Counted from the stretch's first letter, positions 40,510-51,932 are shown. The stretch is DNA of 64,000 nt from a virus (IMGVR_UViG_3300047567_000025:128001-192000), one strand, 5' to 3'. The notes: generated by a model not told the origin, from the letters alone. Numbers and translations are program-made.

Positions 40510-41577
40510 TTACTCCTTATTTATTTTATCATCATATTCATGTATCTCTTTTGATGTATCAATATCATATTTGTCAGAAATATATGATATTAATGATTGT
40601 ATGGGTTCTTCTATTTGATTTGCTACTGAGCTTGATATTGATTCTACATCAGCTTCATTATCACAATTAGTATTAACAGTATCTGAGAGTATTTGATACT
40701 TGAGATTCTGATTTTTCTTATTTGTATTCATTATTGCATGATATGTTTCGAGATCTTCATTCGGTGCATGTATTATAAATCTATGCGGAGTTGTGATATT
40801 AGTTGATATGATATCTCGTAATTCTTCTGGATTCTTAATATCAATGGTTTTGTATTCAAGTGCTATGGGATTTGGAAATGTCTCAACTTCAAAGTTATCA
40901 TTACAAAAGAAAAATCTACGAGGTTCGTCTTCACCATATTGCCATCGTAACCACGGCCCAGCATAGAAAACATTCTTTCCAAAGTCGGTATAACCATGAT
41001 AATGCCCAAATACGCATATCTTTGATATATCACCTAATAGAGTCGCAGAATGTGTTATTTCGCGGGGAGAAGATTTACATGGTGACTTGCTATCAGAAGA
41101 CATAGGGCCATGACCAACGATAATATCATATTTTTTATCAAAATATTTTGCATAATCATCGTCGCCATATTGTGGAAGATATAATATCTTCACATCATTT
41201 CGTAATTTACCGATACATACTTCTTTTGTATAAAATATTTCAGTATTATCAATTCTTTCAAGTATCGGCATAAACACTTTATATTGTTCGTAATCATGTG
41301 TGTATGTACCATGTATAAAATGAACAGGTACATGTGTCCTTCCATTTCGACCACAATTATTACAAACAAGATTCAATAGAAAGATGCTCGCATGTCGAGC
41401 ATCTTCTATTGAAAGTTTATAATCGAATAAGTCACCACATACGAATATGCAGTGACACTCTTCTTTATGATTTTTAATTATGCTTAGGAACATATCAAGG
41501 GACTTCAGATAATCATTTGGATTTAATTTAGCAGCTCCAAGATGAGTATCAGCCATAAACGCATACAATATTATCAC
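40510..41577 (-). CDS. SbcD/Mre11-like nuclease
   Basis: ADTHLG, GDLFD, HGTYTHD, GHYH and YAGP metallophosphoesterase motifs. Confidence 0.85.
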   Translation of the reverse strand: MIILYAFMADTHLGAAKLNPNDYLKSLDMFLSIIKNHKEECHCIFVCGDLFDYKLSIEDARHASIFLLNLVCNNCGRNGRTHVPVHFIHGTYTHDYEQYKVFMPILERIDNTEIFYTKEVCIGKLRNDVKILYLPQYGDDDYAKYFDKKYDIIVGHGPMSSDSKSPCKSSPREITHSATLLGDISKICVFGHYHGYTDFGKNVFYAGPWLRWQYGEDEPRRFFFCNDNFEVETFPNPIALEYKTIDIKNPEELRDIISTNITTPHRFIIHAPNEDLETYHAIMNTNKKNQNLKYQILSDTVNTNCDNEADVESISSSVANQIEEPIQSLISYISDKYDIDTSKEIHEYDDKINKE

Positions 41578-42284
41578 TCCTCGGTATCAGGATATGGATC
41601 TTGCTTTAGTATAAAATAGCTATACCAATCCATGCAATTCTCAAAGACAGATTCTTGAACAGATTCAACCTTATCCCATTTAACTTTGATTGTTTTTGCA
41701 TATTCCGGTTGCTCTTTAATAATATCAAAAAGTTTTACCGGCACACGTTCTTTATTAAATACATCAATCTGATTTCTGTAAGGAATCCAGTATGTTCGAT
41801 ACCCATGAAGATGTCCGTGCATATTTATTTTATTATCATTTTCTAATGGCATGTGCGAGAATAATATATCATTCCATACAAAAGATCGAGTAATATATCT
41901 GAAGCCACAAGATCTGTAAAATTGATAATTGAATAGATCATTATTTCCTCGAACAAGAATTTTTGTACAAGGTATAGATAGTATAACATCACGTAATGCT
42001 TTCTCATTAATGAATTCTCCGTCAACGAGATCGCCTAAAATAATCAGCAGATCATTTTGATCTATTTTTTGATATGTTTCAATAATATTATTGAAGTTTA
42101 ATCGCTTATGACATTCAGATTTATTCTTTTCAACACGTGTCCACAAATGCCAATCTGTCGTAATCCATATGTTTCTGCGCTTTCTCAGTTTGCTGGATAT
42201 TAATGATGATATCTCTTGCGAATGTGACAACTCTGCATCTTTACATTTTTCAAGTTCAAGCTCTTCTTTTTGCCGATTCGTCAT
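41574..42284 (-). CDS. Calcineurin-like metallophosphoesterase
   Basis: TDWH, LGDLVD, RGNND, SHMP and HGHLH. Confidence 0.85.
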   Translation of the reverse strand: MTNRQKEELELEKCKDAELSHSQEISSLISSKLRKRRNIWITTDWHLWTRVEKNKSECHKRLNFNNIIETYQKIDQNDLLIILGDLVDGEFINEKALRDVILSIPCTKILVRGNNDLFNYQFYRSCGFRYITRSFVWNDILFSHMPLENDNKINMHGHLHGYRTYWIPYRNQIDVFNKERVPVKLFDIIKEQPEYAKTIKVKWDKVESVQESVFENCMDWYSYFILKQDPYPDTEE

Positions 42285-42416
42285 TTTAGCAGCTCCTTCG
42301 TATTATTAATTGATTTATAGAATCAATCATATCATTGGAAATAAATCCAGTAGCATTAAATGTATCAGTTTCTCATTCTGACATTATAAATTTATCATTA
42401 TGATTAACTCTGTCTA

Positions 42417-44240
42417 TCATTCGATGAGGGTGTCATATGCTTCTTTAATTGTTAATATTGGTATATTTTTATACTTCGCTTTATTAACCTTTGCTGACAC
42501 AAAGTTTTTATCAGGTATTATTAAATACTTCGTATCATTTGTAAATTCATTTACAATATACCCAGACTTTGTTAAAGCAGCTGATAATGATTGATCTCTA
42601 GTCCCTGACATTGCAACAGCACCTTTACTGCCTTGAATATTATTATTATTAAAGGAAATGTACGGGAGACACAAGCTTATCAATGGAATGTTTCTAGTGA
42701 TGCCATCAATCATCTTCATTTTAGTTACATCTCCAATACCTGGTAACTTTTGATTTTCCAGAATCCATATTATTACAGCCGGATCCATACGTTTAAAAGT
42801 ATTTATATTATTGCAATTATCTATTACAGTTTTCCATGTCTTTACTGAGACATCATCCATCGGGAATGAACCCAGAAATCTTTGGATAGGAACATTTTGT
42901 GATGCATGCTTTATTGAATTAATGATATTTTGTGCTGATTTTTCTCCGAATCCTTCTATATCTTTTATTTTATCAACTGTCAATTCATATATATCCGGTA
43001 TTCGCTTGATAATACCTTCGTCAAAAAGCTTTGTAAGAATTCCTTCTGATATTCCCATCATCAACATTATTTGGCAATGTCTTATAATTGAGCCGAGTTG
43101 AAGTCCGGGACAATTAACATTTTTACATTTAACAACAGATGCCGTTGACAAATCAAAAGGTGAGCCACATATGGGACACTTTTCCGGAGGCTGTATTGGA
43201 AGAGTTCCATCATGTCTCGTACCTTTCAGGTATGGCACGATGTTATACATAATTTCAACAGTATCTCCATATTTTAATCCAAGACTCATAAGTCTATCAA
43301 TATTAGATACTGTTATATGGTCAACTGTTATATTACCAAATTTAACAGGTTCAACAATTGCTACTGGTGTAATTCTACCAGTCTTACCAAACTGAAATTC
43401 AATTCTTAGTAATTTTGATTCCATCGTCAAATTCAGAATCTTGATTGCAACTTCATCATCAGAAACATAATAGCCATATTCATCATGCTTAACTATCGAT
43501 ACGACAACTCCATCACATTCGAATTGTTCTCCATTATCGGTGATGATTGCATTGTTATTTAACAATTCATCAATAAATAACTGAATAGCGCCATAATCAT
43601 TAATTCCAAGAATCCTTGATTTTACTTCAAGATTCTGCGGTATATATTGCTTTCCATTACGGTATTCCCTAAGAGGTGCTAAATGTATATAATTTCCAAT
43701 AATACGTGAAGTAATTGCTGCTGATACAGCATCTCTTGGACGTAAATATTTACTTGATAAATTTAAAGAATCATATACCTGATGTGACATTATAGCCTCG
43801 AATTTAATAGAAGATATTTCTGAATCATTTACATCAATTTCTCTAGCGAATACATGAGTAACGTTAACACTTTCGCCGTTATCGTAATCTCCCCGTGTAA
43901 AAAATTGATGTAGCATTGCATCGTATGCGACAGAGCAGCCATCATACTTTGGCTGTATACAAATTAAATCATTTAGATTCATGTGCCTTTTCTCAAGCCA
44001 TTCTTTATACGTAGGACGATTCTCAATCATAGGTATAATTACTCCAAATGTTTTGTCAAGTGATCCTACAATATCATTTATTGCATCTGATTGTTTTTGA
44101 CGTAAGAATGGTCTTGCCGCTTGACCGTGTTCATCAAGATATTCTTCAAGAATTCTATCATATTCCTCATCCGAAATTAATGGGTGTCCTTCAGTATAAC
44201 ATTTGATATATTCATCAAGTTTATCTTTTGATATTGCCAT
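42417..44240 (-). CDS. ligA: NAD-dependent DNA ligase
   Basis: ISDEEYD, KYDG adenylation motif, DGVV, GKTGRITPV, CPIC...C Zn finger, HhH repeats and BRCT. Confidence 0.92.
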   Translation of the reverse strand: MAISKDKLDEYIKCYTEGHPLISDEEYDRILEEYLDEHGQAARPFLRQKQSDAINDIVGSLDKTFGVIIPMIENRPTYKEWLEKRHMNLNDLICIQPKYDGCSVAYDAMLHQFFTRGDYDNGESVNVTHVFAREIDVNDSEISSIKFEAIMSHQVYDSLNLSSKYLRPRDAVSAAITSRIIGNYIHLAPLREYRNGKQYIPQNLEVKSRILGINDYGAIQLFIDELLNNNAIITDNGEQFECDGVVVSIVKHDEYGYYVSDDEVAIKILNLTMESKLLRIEFQFGKTGRITPVAIVEPVKFGNITVDHITVSNIDRLMSLGLKYGDTVEIMYNIVPYLKGTRHDGTLPIQPPEKCPICGSPFDLSTASVVKCKNVNCPGLQLGSIIRHCQIMLMMGISEGILTKLFDEGIIKRIPDIYELTVDKIKDIEGFGEKSAQNIINSIKHASQNVPIQRFLGSFPMDDVSVKTWKTVIDNCNNINTFKRMDPAVIIWILENQKLPGIGDVTKMKMIDGITRNIPLISLCLPYISFNNNNIQGSKGAVAMSGTRDQSLSAALTKSGYIVNEFTNDTKYLIIPDKNFVSAKVNKAKYKNIPILTIKEAYDTLIE

Positions 44241-44320
44241 TTAAAATTCCTCACTTTCTAAATAATAAAATGATATAATATGTGGTGGGCTATAAGCCCA
44301 CCATTAATCATTTTATTTTA

Positions 44321-44575
44321 TCATGCATATGGATTTATGAATCCCGGATTAGATATATAATTTGTGTTCGACAGCCATGGTGGCCTATTAGCGTCATCTT
44401 CTTCTGTTTTCCAATTCACAGGAAAAGGTTCACCTGTACCGGTTGGTATATCACCTCTGGAGATAGCATCAAGTATTTTAGAGAAATCCGATATCATTGC
44501 ATATGTGTGTGCTGGTGTTAATTCTGTGCCAAACATATTTGCGACTTGATCAGTATAAATTATCATGCAAATCAC
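44321..44575 (-). CDS. Small hypothetical protein
   Basis: SD AAGGAG and an upstream early-type promoter motif at 44616-44634. Confidence 0.55.
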   Translation of the reverse strand: MICMIIYTDQVANMFGTELTPAHTYAMISDFSKILDAISRGDIPTGTGEPFPVNWKTEEDDANRPPWLSNTNYISNPGFINPYA

Positions 44576-44651
44576 TCCTTGTATATTATTAGATTGAAGA
44601 GATACAATCTCTTTATCATATTAATAATATATGTATGACTTATGACAATAT

Positions 44652-47600
44652 TTATTTACGTTCAACGTATTTATTACTATTCGTTTTAGCTTGAACTGAT
44701 GGATTTGATGTGGGACCTGTCCATTGTCCTCCTGTTTGCTCAATTCGATCACGATTACGTGACATCTCTAAGATACCATTATCCAGCTTCATTACAGTAT
44801 TTAAATCATGTGTCATAGCACCTAGTATTGTGTTGTATGATTTACCTACTTCTTGCATTACTCGTGTTGCATTATTATATAATGATCTATTTTTATAATA
44901 GATGCTATTAGTGTCTCCTTCGAAACGAGACAACATATCAACGACTGCATTAGCAACATTCGCATATTCAGTCGTCAATGAAATCAGAGCCTCCATTCTA
45001 TTATAGAAATTTCCGCTTTCATGAATAATAGGCTCATCTTCACCACGGCTTGTTCCAACACGTAGTTTATTCTCTTTATATCCGAACAATTCTTCAAGTA
45101 TAGCTGCTTCACTATTATCTGTTAATATAACTTTGGTTTTTGTTAATACAATACCATGCAGTATATTAATAGCAGCGTCTGTTGTTTTGAATGGTATTGG
45201 GTTTCGGATAGTTTTATACTTTGCTGGTTCTTTAAGGCGCATACCTGTATTCGCAGCAACCATTTTAGTTATGCGATATAAAAGATCAACATATCGAATA
45301 GCTTCTTCAACATCAAATGATGCAGTCTTTTCTGAATAGAAATATAGTGAAACACCACCGGCAAGCAAGTCTTTTATGCCATGCTTTTTAATCCAATCAA
45401 ATTTTCTCTTACGACGTATTTTTGATTTATTAATATAATCTCTTGTCTTGCGTGATAATTGCATCAGCATCTTAATTAATGCATTAACACCTTTCATCAG
45501 AAGTTTTAATGGATTTGCAGCACGCTGTGATTTACCTAATGCTGAAGAAACATTATCCATTTCTTCCATATAAATATATGATTCGATAAACAAACCAAAG
45601 GCTGCATCACAGTCTTCTACTGTCGATATTTTATATTCACATATAGCCATTAGTAATTCATTTTGATAAATTGCTGATTCAATAACAGAAACATCATCTT
45701 CAATATCTTCCATGTCGGAATCATCTTCATCATCGTCGTCGACCATATTACGCTTATCAATAGCCGTAGACATTGCTGTTTCTTCATCCATACCCATTTT
45801 AAGAAGATCTTCATATTCGCTTTTAACCTTCGGATCTTGTGGAGAATACTTCTCTCCTGTGATTGTCGATTTAGCATACATAAGTTGCTCGGCATGAAAT
45901 CTTTCTTCATCACCAATATTTGCATATAGACGAGTAAGAATATCAATCTTTGAATTTAATGCTCCATGATAATATCCGGACATAGCCTGCTCTTCATCTG
46001 CGATAAGGTCATTTAATATTTTAATTTCATTTTCGTTGTATTCATTGTCAGGTGTTGATCCATCAGTATCTGATCCGAATGACTCAAGATTATCTTCATC
46101 ATCTTCATCTTTGTCATCTTCATCATCTTCTTCGTCATCATCATCTTCTTCGTCATCTTTATCGGCTATCTTTTTATCAGAGTCATCATCGTCATTAGAA
46201 TCATCATCAGAATCTTGATCTTTGGATGGTAAATCATCTGTCTTTGAATCATCATCATCATCGTCAATATCCATCTCCATGATATTAATTGGATCTTCAG
46301 GAAGATCATAGAAATCGTTTTTCATAATATTGCCTTCTTTTTCATTATTGTTATAATATTCCATTATTGAGTACATCATGCCATAATCATCGATAATACA
46401 ATCATTATCAATATCAGCATTGCATTTATATTCGTATTCAAGATTTTTCATTATAGTATCAACTGATATATCTCTTGCAGTTTCATCGAATACCGCATTT
46501 TCATATACAATATCCAGTTCAGAACAGAGATGCTCTAATGTCATTCTTGCAAAAAATTCAGGAGTGTATGTTTCAGAAAATAAATCCTTATTCTTTTTGC
46601 ATTCATCAAACTTTTTCATTTCTTGTAAAAATTTAATCCTATGAAGAAATTCAATATTATTGTCTTTTTCGAATTGAGAAACTTCTTTATCAATTTTTTC
46701 GAAGTTTACTATTTCAGAATTGGGCGATTCTTTTAATCGTTCAATTTGCGATATTAATGATGATAGACTATTGATATCTGATTTTATCCTATCGATCATC
46801 TCAGGATCGGATGTCATAGATATCAATCTATTTTTATCAGCGATCTTTTTTCTGATATTAGCAATTTCAGTATTACATCTATTTATAAATTCTTTCTTAT
46901 TATCAGATACCAGATCTTTTCGTACTTGATGTTTTAACCAATTACCCAAATTTTGTTTTCCTGGAACAGTTATAAATGATCTAAATAGATTAATTGTTTT
47001 CTTGTATCCGTTTTGCCGTGCTGCATACAAATCAGATAGATATTCCTCTGGATTCATTCCATGTGAAATGTTCTTTAATACTGAGCTATGACAATCAATA
47101 AAATTATTAATTAATTCCATATCAGAAGCATCTTTTTCATCACCAAAATAATCATATATTGGTTTTGCTGGTTGACCAAACGACCGCCCTTGTATTCCAA
47201 CACTTTTTAATCGTCTAATATGATTTATTTCATGATCGAGTATTGGCGATGCTTTATCTGGATGCATTTTCATTGTCTTATTTGTCATATTAATATGCTT
47301 ATACTCAAACTCCGGTCTGTATACTCGTCCATCAACTGGGTTTGTGATTGGTTTTGTTTGTACATCAAACATATCAGCTTTTTCACCAATATTAATTTTG
47401 ACACGTTCTGACGATCCATCATTATGTTTCACAAGAATAGTTTGTGTCTCAGGATCATACCCATGTTTTTCGAGGGTTCTTTGCATATTACGTTTTTCTT
47501 TAGTTTTTCTTGATTGTGAACCTTCGAGAACAATAGATGCATCATCTATTCCTGTAACATTTTTAGAATATTCAGTAAGTGTTTTACTTGTAGTATCCGA

Positions 47601-47912
47601 CTGATATAAATAATCAGATGTCACTGATTCCTGAATATGTTGTTTATAGCTGTCGGACAGATATCTACGTATCCCTAACCAGTTCTCCCAGTTCATACCA
47701 AACTTCTTGGCTTTCAACACGATTCGTTCAGCTAACTCATGTCGATCCGATTCGTCTGCATATGAAAACATCTGGACTGCTTTTCTGACATGCTCTTCAT
47801 CTGTCAAAGGGTATTCTCTTTTATCAGGAATGCCAAAATCAGAATCTTTTAAAGAATCACGTTGTTTTGTACTAATTTTAGATTCTTGAAATATATTATC
47901 ATACACAATCAT
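44652..47912 (-). CDS. Multidomain probable virion protein (1086 aa): DUF6582-like N-terminus, HExxH metalloprotease-like domain, acidic linker, ferritin-like domain, helical C-terminus
   Basis: LKDSDFGIPDKREYPLTDEEHVRKA; DHEINH...EEYLSD; D/E tract; DEEQAMSGYY...DEERFH. Confidence 0.6.
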   Translation of the reverse strand: MIVYDNIFQESKISTKQRDSLKDSDFGIPDKREYPLTDEEHVRKAVQMFSYADESDRHELAERIVLKAKKFGMNWENWLGIRRYLSDSYKQHIQESVTSDYLYQSDTTSKTLTEYSKNVTGIDDASIVLEGSQSRKTKEKRNMQRTLEKHGYDPETQTILVKHNDGSSERVKINIGEKADMFDVQTKPITNPVDGRVYRPEFEYKHINMTNKTMKMHPDKASPILDHEINHIRRLKSVGIQGRSFGQPAKPIYDYFGDEKDASDMELINNFIDCHSSVLKNISHGMNPEEYLSDLYAARQNGYKKTINLFRSFITVPGKQNLGNWLKHQVRKDLVSDNKKEFINRCNTEIANIRKKIADKNRLISMTSDPEMIDRIKSDINSLSSLISQIERLKESPNSEIVNFEKIDKEVSQFEKDNNIEFLHRIKFLQEMKKFDECKKNKDLFSETYTPEFFARMTLEHLCSELDIVYENAVFDETARDISVDTIMKNLEYEYKCNADIDNDCIIDDYGMMYSIMEYYNNNEKEGNIMKNDFYDLPEDPINIMEMDIDDDDDDSKTDDLPSKDQDSDDDSNDDDDSDKKIADKDDEEDDDDEEDDEDDKDEDDEDNLESFGSDTDGSTPDNEYNENEIKILNDLIADEEQAMSGYYHGALNSKIDILTRLYANIGDEERFHAEQLMYAKSTITGEKYSPQDPKVKSEYEDLLKMGMDEETAMSTAIDKRNMVDDDDEDDSDMEDIEDDVSVIESAIYQNELLMAICEYKISTVEDCDAAFGLFIESYIYMEEMDNVSSALGKSQRAANPLKLLMKGVNALIKMLMQLSRKTRDYINKSKIRRKRKFDWIKKHGIKDLLAGGVSLYFYSEKTASFDVEEAIRYVDLLYRITKMVAANTGMRLKEPAKYKTIRNPIPFKTTDAAINILHGIVLTKTKVILTDNSEAAILEELFGYKENKLRVGTSRGEDEPIIHESGNFYNRMEALISLTTEYANVANAVVDMLSRFEGDTNSIYYKNRSLYNNATRVMQEVGKSYNTILGAMTHDLNTVMKLDNGILEMSRNRDRIEQTGGQWTGPTSNPSVQAKTNSNKYVERK

Positions 47913-47949
47913 TTGTACATAATGCTCCTTTCGTTATTAATTGTCAATG

Positions 47950-49362
47950 CTAATAGAACAATGATGTGTCTTTGGTTATTACAAATTGTATGATTTTGAC
48001 AGATGCGGTAAAAGGACCTCCCATGATAAATGTCAAAGGATTTCCATGAGCATATGTTTGGTGGTTATATGCTTGATCATCAGTCCATCCATATGTTTCT
48101 TCTTTGATATTATCAAGAGTAATCATTGCCATCTGCATTGTTTTGTTTGTTTTTATTTTTAATTCCTTACGGATATTAACATCTTCATCATATATTGCGG
48201 CGAAGTTATGATGTGCTGTATAAAGATATGTATTGATCGTATCAATGTTCTTTACAATTGCTGGTATATTATGAACCATACCTACAAATTGATTAGCAAG
48301 TAATGATAGCAATGATTTAACTGGTCTTCCTCCATACATCGCATTTTTTAATTTATCATATTCAAAACTACTAACACCTGAAGTGTCATTAAAAGCTTTG
48401 CCTAATGTATCGCAAAATTTTTGAATGAGATCAAGATCTTTTTCCAATTTATCCGAATCAGTTTCTTTTAAATATTTAATCTTCTCTTCTGCTTTATTAT
48501 TTATATCATTATTAGCTAATTGCATCGACACATTTGCATTTACTTTACGAAGAGGCGTTATTGTGCTCAACTCTTGAAAAGCTCTCACAAATCTTTCCTC
48601 GGCAAATATTTGACCAATTGTCATATATAATCGTATCTTTTTAATAATGCCCATAGAGGGTTTACTTTCATTCATTATTCTGCGGATTGAGGATACACAT
48701 TGGTCGAATTCTGAAGTAGGTGCTACTTTAGCAATAAACTCTGCAATATTTATTATTTCATTTTCTGATAATTCTCGATATAAAGTATTTTTATTAAATC
48801 CTTTTGGTAGATATTTGGAAATATCTGTGTCTTTTAATATTGTTTTTGCTTTCTGTTTTGCAATAGTTTCTTCTTCCTTATGAGCTTTCTTTTGCTCTTT
48901 TATATTTTCTTCGCGAGCTTTCTTAGCGGTTGCCATTAATTTCTCTTGCGGGGTTTTATTTATCAACCCTTCTTGATAGATATCTCCATTGTCAGAATAA
49001 GATTCCTTAACAAATTTAGATTTACCTATCATTTCAACTTGTTCCGATATACGTAAAATATTTGCAGTATAAATCAGTCGTTTATCTGAAAATATTTTGA
49101 GCATCATATTCTTGACGTTTTGGAATATTTTCTTAAAGAAATTGAAAAGATTAGAAAAAATACCTTTAATAGAATCTGTCAATCCCTCTTGAAAGATGCT
49201 ATATGATTCCTTAACGATATCATTCTTGTCATCATCAATAGATTCTATTATTGATAAAGCCTTCTGATAACTCTGACCTATTGAAATTAATACGTTTATT
49301 TCAGATTCCATAATAGTCGTATCGATTGCATCTACATAATCAAGGACTTCTTGCTTGTACAT
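47950..49362 (-). CDS. Probable internal head protein (470 aa)
   Basis: IMES, VKES, IFQEG and IYQEG motifs; helical. Confidence 0.55.
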   Translation of the reverse strand: MYKQEVLDYVDAIDTTIMESEINVLISIGQSYQKALSIIESIDDDKNDIVKESYSIFQEGLTDSIKGIFSNLFNFFKKIFQNVKNMMLKIFSDKRLIYTANILRISEQVEMIGKSKFVKESYSDNGDIYQEGLINKTPQEKLMATAKKAREENIKEQKKAHKEEETIAKQKAKTILKDTDISKYLPKGFNKNTLYRELSENEIINIAEFIAKVAPTSEFDQCVSSIRRIMNESKPSMGIIKKIRLYMTIGQIFAEERFVRAFQELSTITPLRKVNANVSMQLANNDINNKAEEKIKYLKETDSDKLEKDLDLIQKFCDTLGKAFNDTSGVSSFEYDKLKNAMYGGRPVKSLLSLLANQFVGMVHNIPAIVKNIDTINTYLYTAHHNFAAIYDEDVNIRKELKIKTNKTMQMAMITLDNIKEETYGWTDDQAYNHQTYAHGNPLTFIMGGPFTASVKIIQFVITKDTSLFY

Positions 49363-49489
49363 ATTATATTCATCTCACTTAAAAGCATTATTACCAATAC
49401 CATATTGATCAATTGCTATATTTATCAATAATGGCTAAAATTATATATTACAAATTGCATTCATAGGAAATAAGAATATATCAAAGTAG

Positions 49490-49516
49490 AAAGGATGGGC
49501 TTAAGCCCATCCTTTT
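49490..49516. terminator. Terminator hairpin
   Basis: AAGGATGGGC-ttaa-GCCCATCCTT. Confidence 0.75.
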
Positions 49517-49543
49517 GTTTGTTCTACTTTAGACATGGCTATA

Positions 49544-49819
49544 TTAAGCGAATCTTCCTGGCTTAGGTGCTGTTGCAGCTCCAGATGTTTTATATCCGAG
49601 AGCAAGATCAGAATCTTCGATATTAATATCAAACATTCCGCTCTGAAGTTTGTTATTACCGCCACTTACAATGCTTTCTGGGTTAAATGAATTAAACTTT
49701 CCATTGAAAAAATCAGAAAAACCCGAGCTTGCAGCATCGTAGCTTTCCTGTGTGACAGATGAATCTCCAAAATCGAAGTTGAGATCCATATCATCAAATT
49801 CATTAAATGTACTACGCAT
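49544..49819 (-). CDS. Small acidic protein (91 aa), possibly virion
   Basis: SD AAGGAG; VTQES motif. Confidence 0.6.
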   Translation of the reverse strand: MRSTFNEFDDMDLNFDFGDSSVTQESYDAASSGFSDFFNGKFNSFNPESIVSGGNNKLQSGMFDINIEDSDLALGYKTSGAATAPKPGRFA

Positions 49820-49843
49820 AATAAAATCTCCTTTTTAATAATT

Positions 49844-51208
49844 TTAAGTTTTACCATACATCTCATTTAGCATATTATTGATATACAGCTGGTTGACAGC
49901 TATTATCAAACGATATGTATGTGTATAGTTAATGTTTGTGAATACTAAAGTTCGGCGAGGCCAATCAACATAGTATCCATCGTTAATTAGGCATCGATTA
50001 TCTCGAAGTTTGACCGTCATAAACAATTCGATTTTTAAATTCTTTCGCAAATGATAATCAATCATTTCGTTTATAGTTTGGCCAAAACTACTGCCTATAT
50101 ATATTTCCGTTTCTCCCCAATCCATTTTGCAAATAGGTCGTGCATGAATTTTCCATCCATATAGCAAAGGGAAATCTGCTTCATTAAAATAATCAGAGAA
50201 AATTGGAATTGTAATAGAACTTTCTTTAGGCGTTATTTCTCTGAAAGGTCCGGGATTAGGTACAGACAGATCGAATAATCCAATAGTGTTGAATTCACAT
50301 CGTAATGTAAATGATATTGGACAATCTGATTCAACCTGATTATTCGACTTTGTGACGTTCGAATAATTAAGCTCGTTTATGTTACACATCAACGATGCCA
50401 TATAATTTAAATAAAATGCATCCGTATGTCGACCCGAAGAGAATCGATATGATATCGGATATGAACTGTTCATATTTAGATAATCTACAAAACGGGACAC
50501 ATCATCATTAGGTCCTTTTACAGGAATACCAGCATACTTCGTAGTCTCTTGCAAAAATCCATCCGGTATTGCTAATTCCAGTACAGTGTCAATATCGAAG
50601 AAGCCTCCATCTGTGGGTATTTTATTAATTAAATAAGATGCCCATCTAATTTGTTCGGTCATGCTTCTGAATGATAATACGAAATCAAAGTACATGACAA
50701 CTCTATTTAGTTTACCACGCCATTCAATTCCCTTCTGTTTGTCGAAGAACAACTTCTCCATTTCAGAGCGATTCTGGAATCTATTAGACGTAGTAGACCA
50801 AAGTGTTGTTCCGAAAGATCCGGCAGCCATTCTATTATCAATTCCTGACAAAGATATTCTAGGATTGACAATACACATTGGATACGGTTGTGTACGTATT
50901 TGTTTAGGAGTGTGACGAAGTTGCCTATGTGCAATCGTTGTTGATGGTAACGCTGTAGCAAATGTGTTAGTTGGAAATTGATCTAGTATAAATTGCAGTA
51001 TTATTGCGGTAACGTTGCCAACTGTATGTGCCATATCTGTTCCGCTTTGACAAGCGAGTGATAATGAATATCCATGTGCATTATTTCTTGGCGATAATCC
51101 ATTATATTGATAAGTCAGTCCACTATCACGAATCGCTGTATCTGTTTTACCTTCATTGAAATTATTAGAATTTGCATTATTAGTTCTGTCGTCAGTATAG
51201 CTACTCAT
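49844..51208 (-). CDS. Jumbo-phage structural protein (454 aa)
   Basis: Long ORF coupled to the baseplate-like gene; function not recognised. Confidence 0.5.
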   Translation of the reverse strand: MSSYTDDRTNNANSNNFNEGKTDTAIRDSGLTYQYNGLSPRNNAHGYSLSLACQSGTDMAHTVGNVTAIILQFILDQFPTNTFATALPSTTIAHRQLRHTPKQIRTQPYPMCIVNPRISLSGIDNRMAAGSFGTTLWSTTSNRFQNRSEMEKLFFDKQKGIEWRGKLNRVVMYFDFVLSFRSMTEQIRWASYLINKIPTDGGFFDIDTVLELAIPDGFLQETTKYAGIPVKGPNDDVSRFVDYLNMNSSYPISYRFSSGRHTDAFYLNYMASLMCNINELNYSNVTKSNNQVESDCPISFTLRCEFNTIGLFDLSVPNPGPFREITPKESSITIPIFSDYFNEADFPLLYGWKIHARPICKMDWGETEIYIGSSFGQTINEMIDYHLRKNLKIELFMTVKLRDNRCLINDGYYVDWPRRTLVFTNINYTHTYRLIIAVNQLYINNMLNEMYGKT

Positions 51209-51629
51209 CGTTTTGAACCCTCGACATCAATACTGATACTATTGAAGTAAATTTTGTGATATCATAATACCTTATAAATTCAAAATTGAATCTATTTATT
51301 GTTGGGCATCTGTTTAATATCATCAATGGTCGCCACATATTAGTTGAACCATATCGTTCGTAAGCACACATTTTAGGATTTCGTATATATTTCTTATCAA
51401 ACTTTTCAATTGAATATATGTCTTGATATGATTCGATCAATCTATAAAATTTCAATGGTAGATAAGATACTACAGATTCCCAACTTGTGCTTGAATTATC
51501 AGCGTCATTTGGAATGGTCAACTTTACTGAAGATGAGATGTTGTCCAACGTAAATAAGTCTGAATTAAGATAATTTATCAATGAAGGTATTATTGTTTTT
51601 TCGTCAGATGTCATTATGCAAGATCGCAT
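51201..51629 (-). CDS. Baseplate wedge/LysM-like protein (T4 gp53-like)
   Basis: NPKMCAYERYGSTNMWRPLMILN matches the gp53/LysM-type AxxxYGxxxxWxxIxxxN pattern. Confidence 0.6.
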   Translation of the reverse strand: MRSCIMTSDEKTIIPSLINYLNSDLFTLDNISSSVKLTIPNDADNSSTSWESVVSYLPLKFYRLIESYQDIYSIEKFDKKYIRNPKMCAYERYGSTNMWRPLMILNRCPTINRFNFEFIRYYDITKFTSIVSVLMSRVQNDE

Positions 51630-51644
51630 CCCTTCTTCTGTAGA

Positions 51645-51932
51645 TTATACGAGTTCTTTGACATACATTTTGAATATGTCATCATCATCGCATACAAGTG
51701 TTGCTTTCATAGTTTCTGATGCATTTGTTATATATCCATTGCTATTTGAGACTCGCATAGGCACATCAAAACGATCACTCATATTGATAGCTTTTGATAT
51801 GAAATTTGTTGACGCAAATATAGGTGATGTAATTGTTATTACATCACCATCACATATCTTACCAACTGTATGGACTATACATGTCGATGTATGTGGCACT
51901 GATAAAGTATCATCTTGATATGACAATAACAT
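51645..51932 (-). CDS. Hypothetical protein (95 aa)
   Basis: ORF within the minus-strand operon. Confidence 0.55.
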   Translation of the reverse strand: MLLSYQDDTLSVPHTSTCIVHTVGKICDGDVITITSPIFASTNFISKAINMSDRFDVPMRVSNSNGYITNASETMKATLVCDDDDIFKMYVKELV

